A stretch of DNA of 64,000 nt from Tubiluchus corallicola (Eukaryota; Animalia; Priapulida): assembly GCA_030141605.1 (NCBI GenBank), contig JAQGDQ010000468.1, positions 1-64,000 of the forward strand. The letters are read 5' to 3'. The notes below the pieces were generated by a model. That model was not told the origin of the DNA. It ran no database searches and saw only the letters and a list, made by a program, of their open reading frames with translations. The translations under genes were made by a program, and so were the position numbers. Positions 61,478 to 64,000 of the stretch are shown here, piece after piece. How positions within the stretch are numbered: position 1 is the first letter of the stretch; the number at the start of each line of letters is the position of its first letter.

Positions 61478-62764
61478 ATGGTACTATTTGAAAAAGGGGA
61501 TGCAAATTACAGCCTCTCCAATAAAAAAATTAAAAAAGCTCTTTTTACAGCGCTGGACAAGTTGGGGAACCGCAAAAAAGTGCTAATTATTCCTCCCGAC
61601 TATACACGCCTATCTTCCGGGGCGGGAGCTCTTACTGAATTTGCATGGGAGTACTATGGTAATAACCTTACAGACATACTACCTGCGTTAGGGACTCACA
61701 ACCCAATGACAAATAAGCAGATATCTCACATGTTTGGCAACACTCCAAAAGCGCTGTTTCGTGAACACGACTGGAGAAACGATGTAATAACTGTGGGAGA
61801 GGTCCCCTCTGACTTTGTAAAAGAGGTCTCTAAAGGCGCAGTAGACTTTGCATGGCCGGCACAGATGAACAAGCTGATTACAGATGGAAACTATGACCTG
61901 ATACTCTCTATAGGACAGGTTGTACCACACGAAGTTGTAGGAATGGCAAACTATGACAAAAACATATTTGTAGGTACCGGAGGAGAACAGGGAATCAACA
62001 AAAGTCACTTTATAGGTGCGGCATACGGCATGGAAAAAATGATGGGAGTAGCAGACACACCCGTGCGCAAAATATTCAACTACGCTTCAAAAAACTTTAT
62101 ATCCCATATGCCTATTGTATATGTACAAACAGTGGTAGGCTTGGGAGAAGACGGAGAATTGCACACAAGAGGACTGTACATAGGTGGCAGCAAAGAAGTC
62201 TTCAACAAAGCGGCAGCACTATCACAGAAAGTAAACTTCAAAATGCTCAACTCCCCAGTCAAAAAAGCAGTGGTATACCTTGACCCATCTGAATTTAAAT
62301 CAACATGGCTTGGAAACAAATCAATATATCGTACCCGAATGGCCATTCATGACGGAGGTGAACTGATTGTGCTTGCCCCCGCACTTAAGGAGTTTGGAGA
62401 AGATATGGAAATTGACAGGCTAATACGCAAATACGGATATCGCGGTACACCTGCAACACTAGATGCTGTAAATAAAAACCCTGAACTGCGCAATAACCTG
62501 AGCGCTGCTGCCCACCTTATACATGGCTCTTCAGAAGGAAGATTTTGTGTAACATACTGCCCAGGAAATGAAAAAGAAAACCTGACGAAAGAGGATATTG
62601 AAGGAGTGGGATTTAAATACGCCAACCTGAATGAGATGACGCAAATGTACAACCCCAGCACCCTAAAAGAGGGCTGGAACACAATGCCCTCAGGCGAAGA
62701 AATATACTATATCTCAAACCCCGCAATAGGACTATGGGCTTACAAAGAACGATTCAAAAAATGA
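61478..62764 (+). CDS. Lactate racemase (LarA/DUF2088) family protein, probable mannonate/gluconate 2-epimerase
   Basis: PPDYTR, ALGTH, VVPHEVVG..NYDK, SH, GNK motifs. Confidence 0.8.
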   Translation: MVLFEKGDANYSLSNKKIKKALFTALDKLGNRKKVLIIPPDYTRLSSGAGALTEFAWEYYGNNLTDILPALGTHNPMTNKQISHMFGNTPKALFREHDWRNDVITVGEVPSDFVKEVSKGAVDFAWPAQMNKLITDGNYDLILSIGQVVPHEVVGMANYDKNIFVGTGGEQGINKSHFIGAAYGMEKMMGVADTPVRKIFNYASKNFISHMPIVYVQTVVGLGEDGELHTRGLYIGGSKEVFNKAAALSQKVNFKMLNSPVKKAVVYLDPSEFKSTWLGNKSIYRTRMAIHDGGELIVLAPALKEFGEDMEIDRLIRKYGYRGTPATLDAVNKNPELRNNLSAAAHLIHGSSEGRFCVTYCPGNEKENLTKEDIEGVGFKYANLNEMTQMYNPSTLKEGWNTMPSGEEIYYISNPAIGLWAYKERFKK

Positions 62765-62776
62765 GAAAAAAGAACA

Positions 62777-63901
62777 ATGAAAATTATTGTTGACAACAAA
62801 ATACCATACATAAAAGGTGCACTGGAACCATTTGCAAAGACTATTTATAAACCAGGAGCTGAAATAATGCCCGAAGACACTAAAAACGCCGATGCTTTAG
62901 TCGTTAGAACCCGCACTCTCTGCAACAAAAAACTGCTGGCAAACTCAAAGGTAAAGTTCATAGCAACAGCCACTATCGGCTTTGACCATATTGACACAGC
63001 TTACTGCAAAAAAAGTGGCATAGAATGGGCTAACGCACCAAAATGCAACTCAGGCTCAGTAAAACAATACATTGCATCAGCATTAATGTTTCTGTCTCAA
63101 AAACACCACTTCTCCCTGGCAAATAAAACTATAGGCATAGTTGGAGTTGGTAATGTGGGCAAAAAAATAAGTAACATTTGTAATATACTGGGGATGAATG
63201 TGCTCCTCAACGATCCTCCAAGAGCAAGAAAAGAGGGCGCAGACAGATTCGTTGAATTGAGCAAAATAGCCGAAGAGGCTGATATAATCTCACTGCACGT
63301 ACCACTAAACAAAAAAGGAGTAGATAAAACCTACCACATAGTAGACGAACTACTCCTCAAAAAGATGAAAAAAAAACCATTTATAATAAACTCATGCAGA
63401 GGTGAAGTAGTTGAAACCTCAGCCTTAAAAAGTGCTCTGAAAAACAGGTCTATCACAGGCGCCGTCATTGATTGCTGGGAAAATGAGCCTGCAGTAGATA
63501 CCGAACTGTTGAAACTGTGTGACATCGGTACCCCACACATTGCAGGTTACTCAAAAGATGGCAAAGCTAACGGAACACAAATGAGCATACAGGCAATTAG
63601 CCGATTCTTTAACTTGGGAATAGATAACTGGCAATGTAAAAACATAGAACTCCCCAAAACCACTATAATAAATGTGGATAACAGAAACAAAACAGAACAA
63701 CAAATACTGTCAGAAGGAATACTTGCAACTTACAGCATTGAAGAGGACGATAGGAAACTAAGAAACTCTGTTGAAACATTTGAAAAACAACGTGAAGAAT
63801 ACCCTGTTAGAAGAGAGTTTGAATCTTATAAAATAAAAAAAGAGAACATACCGGGCAACACTATCACCAAACTTAAAAAGTTGGGATTTAAAATAATATA
63901 A
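62777..63901 (+). CDS. pdxB: 4-phosphoerythronate dehydrogenase
   Basis: VRTRT, TATIGFDH, GVGNVG, LNDPP, DCWENEP, TPHIAGYS.DGK. Confidence 0.92.
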   Translation: MKIIVDNKIPYIKGALEPFAKTIYKPGAEIMPEDTKNADALVVRTRTLCNKKLLANSKVKFIATATIGFDHIDTAYCKKSGIEWANAPKCNSGSVKQYIASALMFLSQKHHFSLANKTIGIVGVGNVGKKISNICNILGMNVLLNDPPRARKEGADRFVELSKIAEEADIISLHVPLNKKGVDKTYHIVDELLLKKMKKKPFIINSCRGEVVETSALKSALKNRSITGAVIDCWENEPAVDTELLKLCDIGTPHIAGYSKDGKANGTQMSIQAISRFFNLGIDNWQCKNIELPKTTIINVDNRNKTEQQILSEGILATYSIEEDDRKLRNSVETFEKQREEYPVRREFESYKIKKENIPGNTITKLKKLGFKII

Positions 63902-63940
63902 ACGTAAACACGAAACAAACAAAAATAAATAAATAAAATT

Positions 63941-64000
63941 ATGACAAAAAAAGCTGACATTGGGCTAATTGGGCTCGCCGTGATGGGGGAAAACTTAGTA
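63941..64000 (+). CDS. gnd: 5' end of 6-phosphogluconate dehydrogenase (decarboxylating)
   Basis: MTKKADIGLIGLAVMGENLV, the characteristic Gnd N-terminus; truncated by the window edge. Confidence 0.85.
   Translation, partial: MTKKADIGLIGLAVMGENLV

Noticed and set aside
4669-63540. Numerous 60-160 aa ORFs antisense to or overlapping long genes
   Set aside because: They are shadow ORFs of well-supported genes and have no recognisable motifs.

Overview
Chromosomal window from a Bacteroidota bacterium, probably an anaerobic Bacteroidales/Marinilabiliales-type organism. Evidence: a SusC/SusD pair, TAnnTTTG promoter elements, type III glutamine synthetase, fused SecDF and rubrerythrin. Most of the window is backbone: mltG, murB, gyrB, map, glnA-III, mutS, secDF, tRNA-Gly and tRNA-Leu. 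Positions 1-2650 look like a foreign or phage-like remnant bounded by an IS256 with an unusual doubled right end. An intact IS701-like element with 6-bp target duplications sits upstream of susC. Two things stand out. (1) An unannotated family of about 95-145-bp palindromic, MITE-like repeats occupies many intergenic gaps. I count 16 near-full-length copies plus fragments. They have IS5-type GAGACCTTTGCAAA-like ends and a core resembling Rickettsia palindromic elements, and almost all lie in one orientation regardless of neighbouring gene direction. (2) A LacI-regulated hexuronate cluster (uxaC, uxaE, SDR, PPi-type PfkA paralog, HAD, LarA-family epimerase, pdxB, gnd) appears to route uronates to 6-phosphogluconate rather than through the usual mannonate dehydratase/KDG branch. 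All calls were made by eye from the sequence and the ORF track; no database searches were run, and repeat boundaries are approximate.
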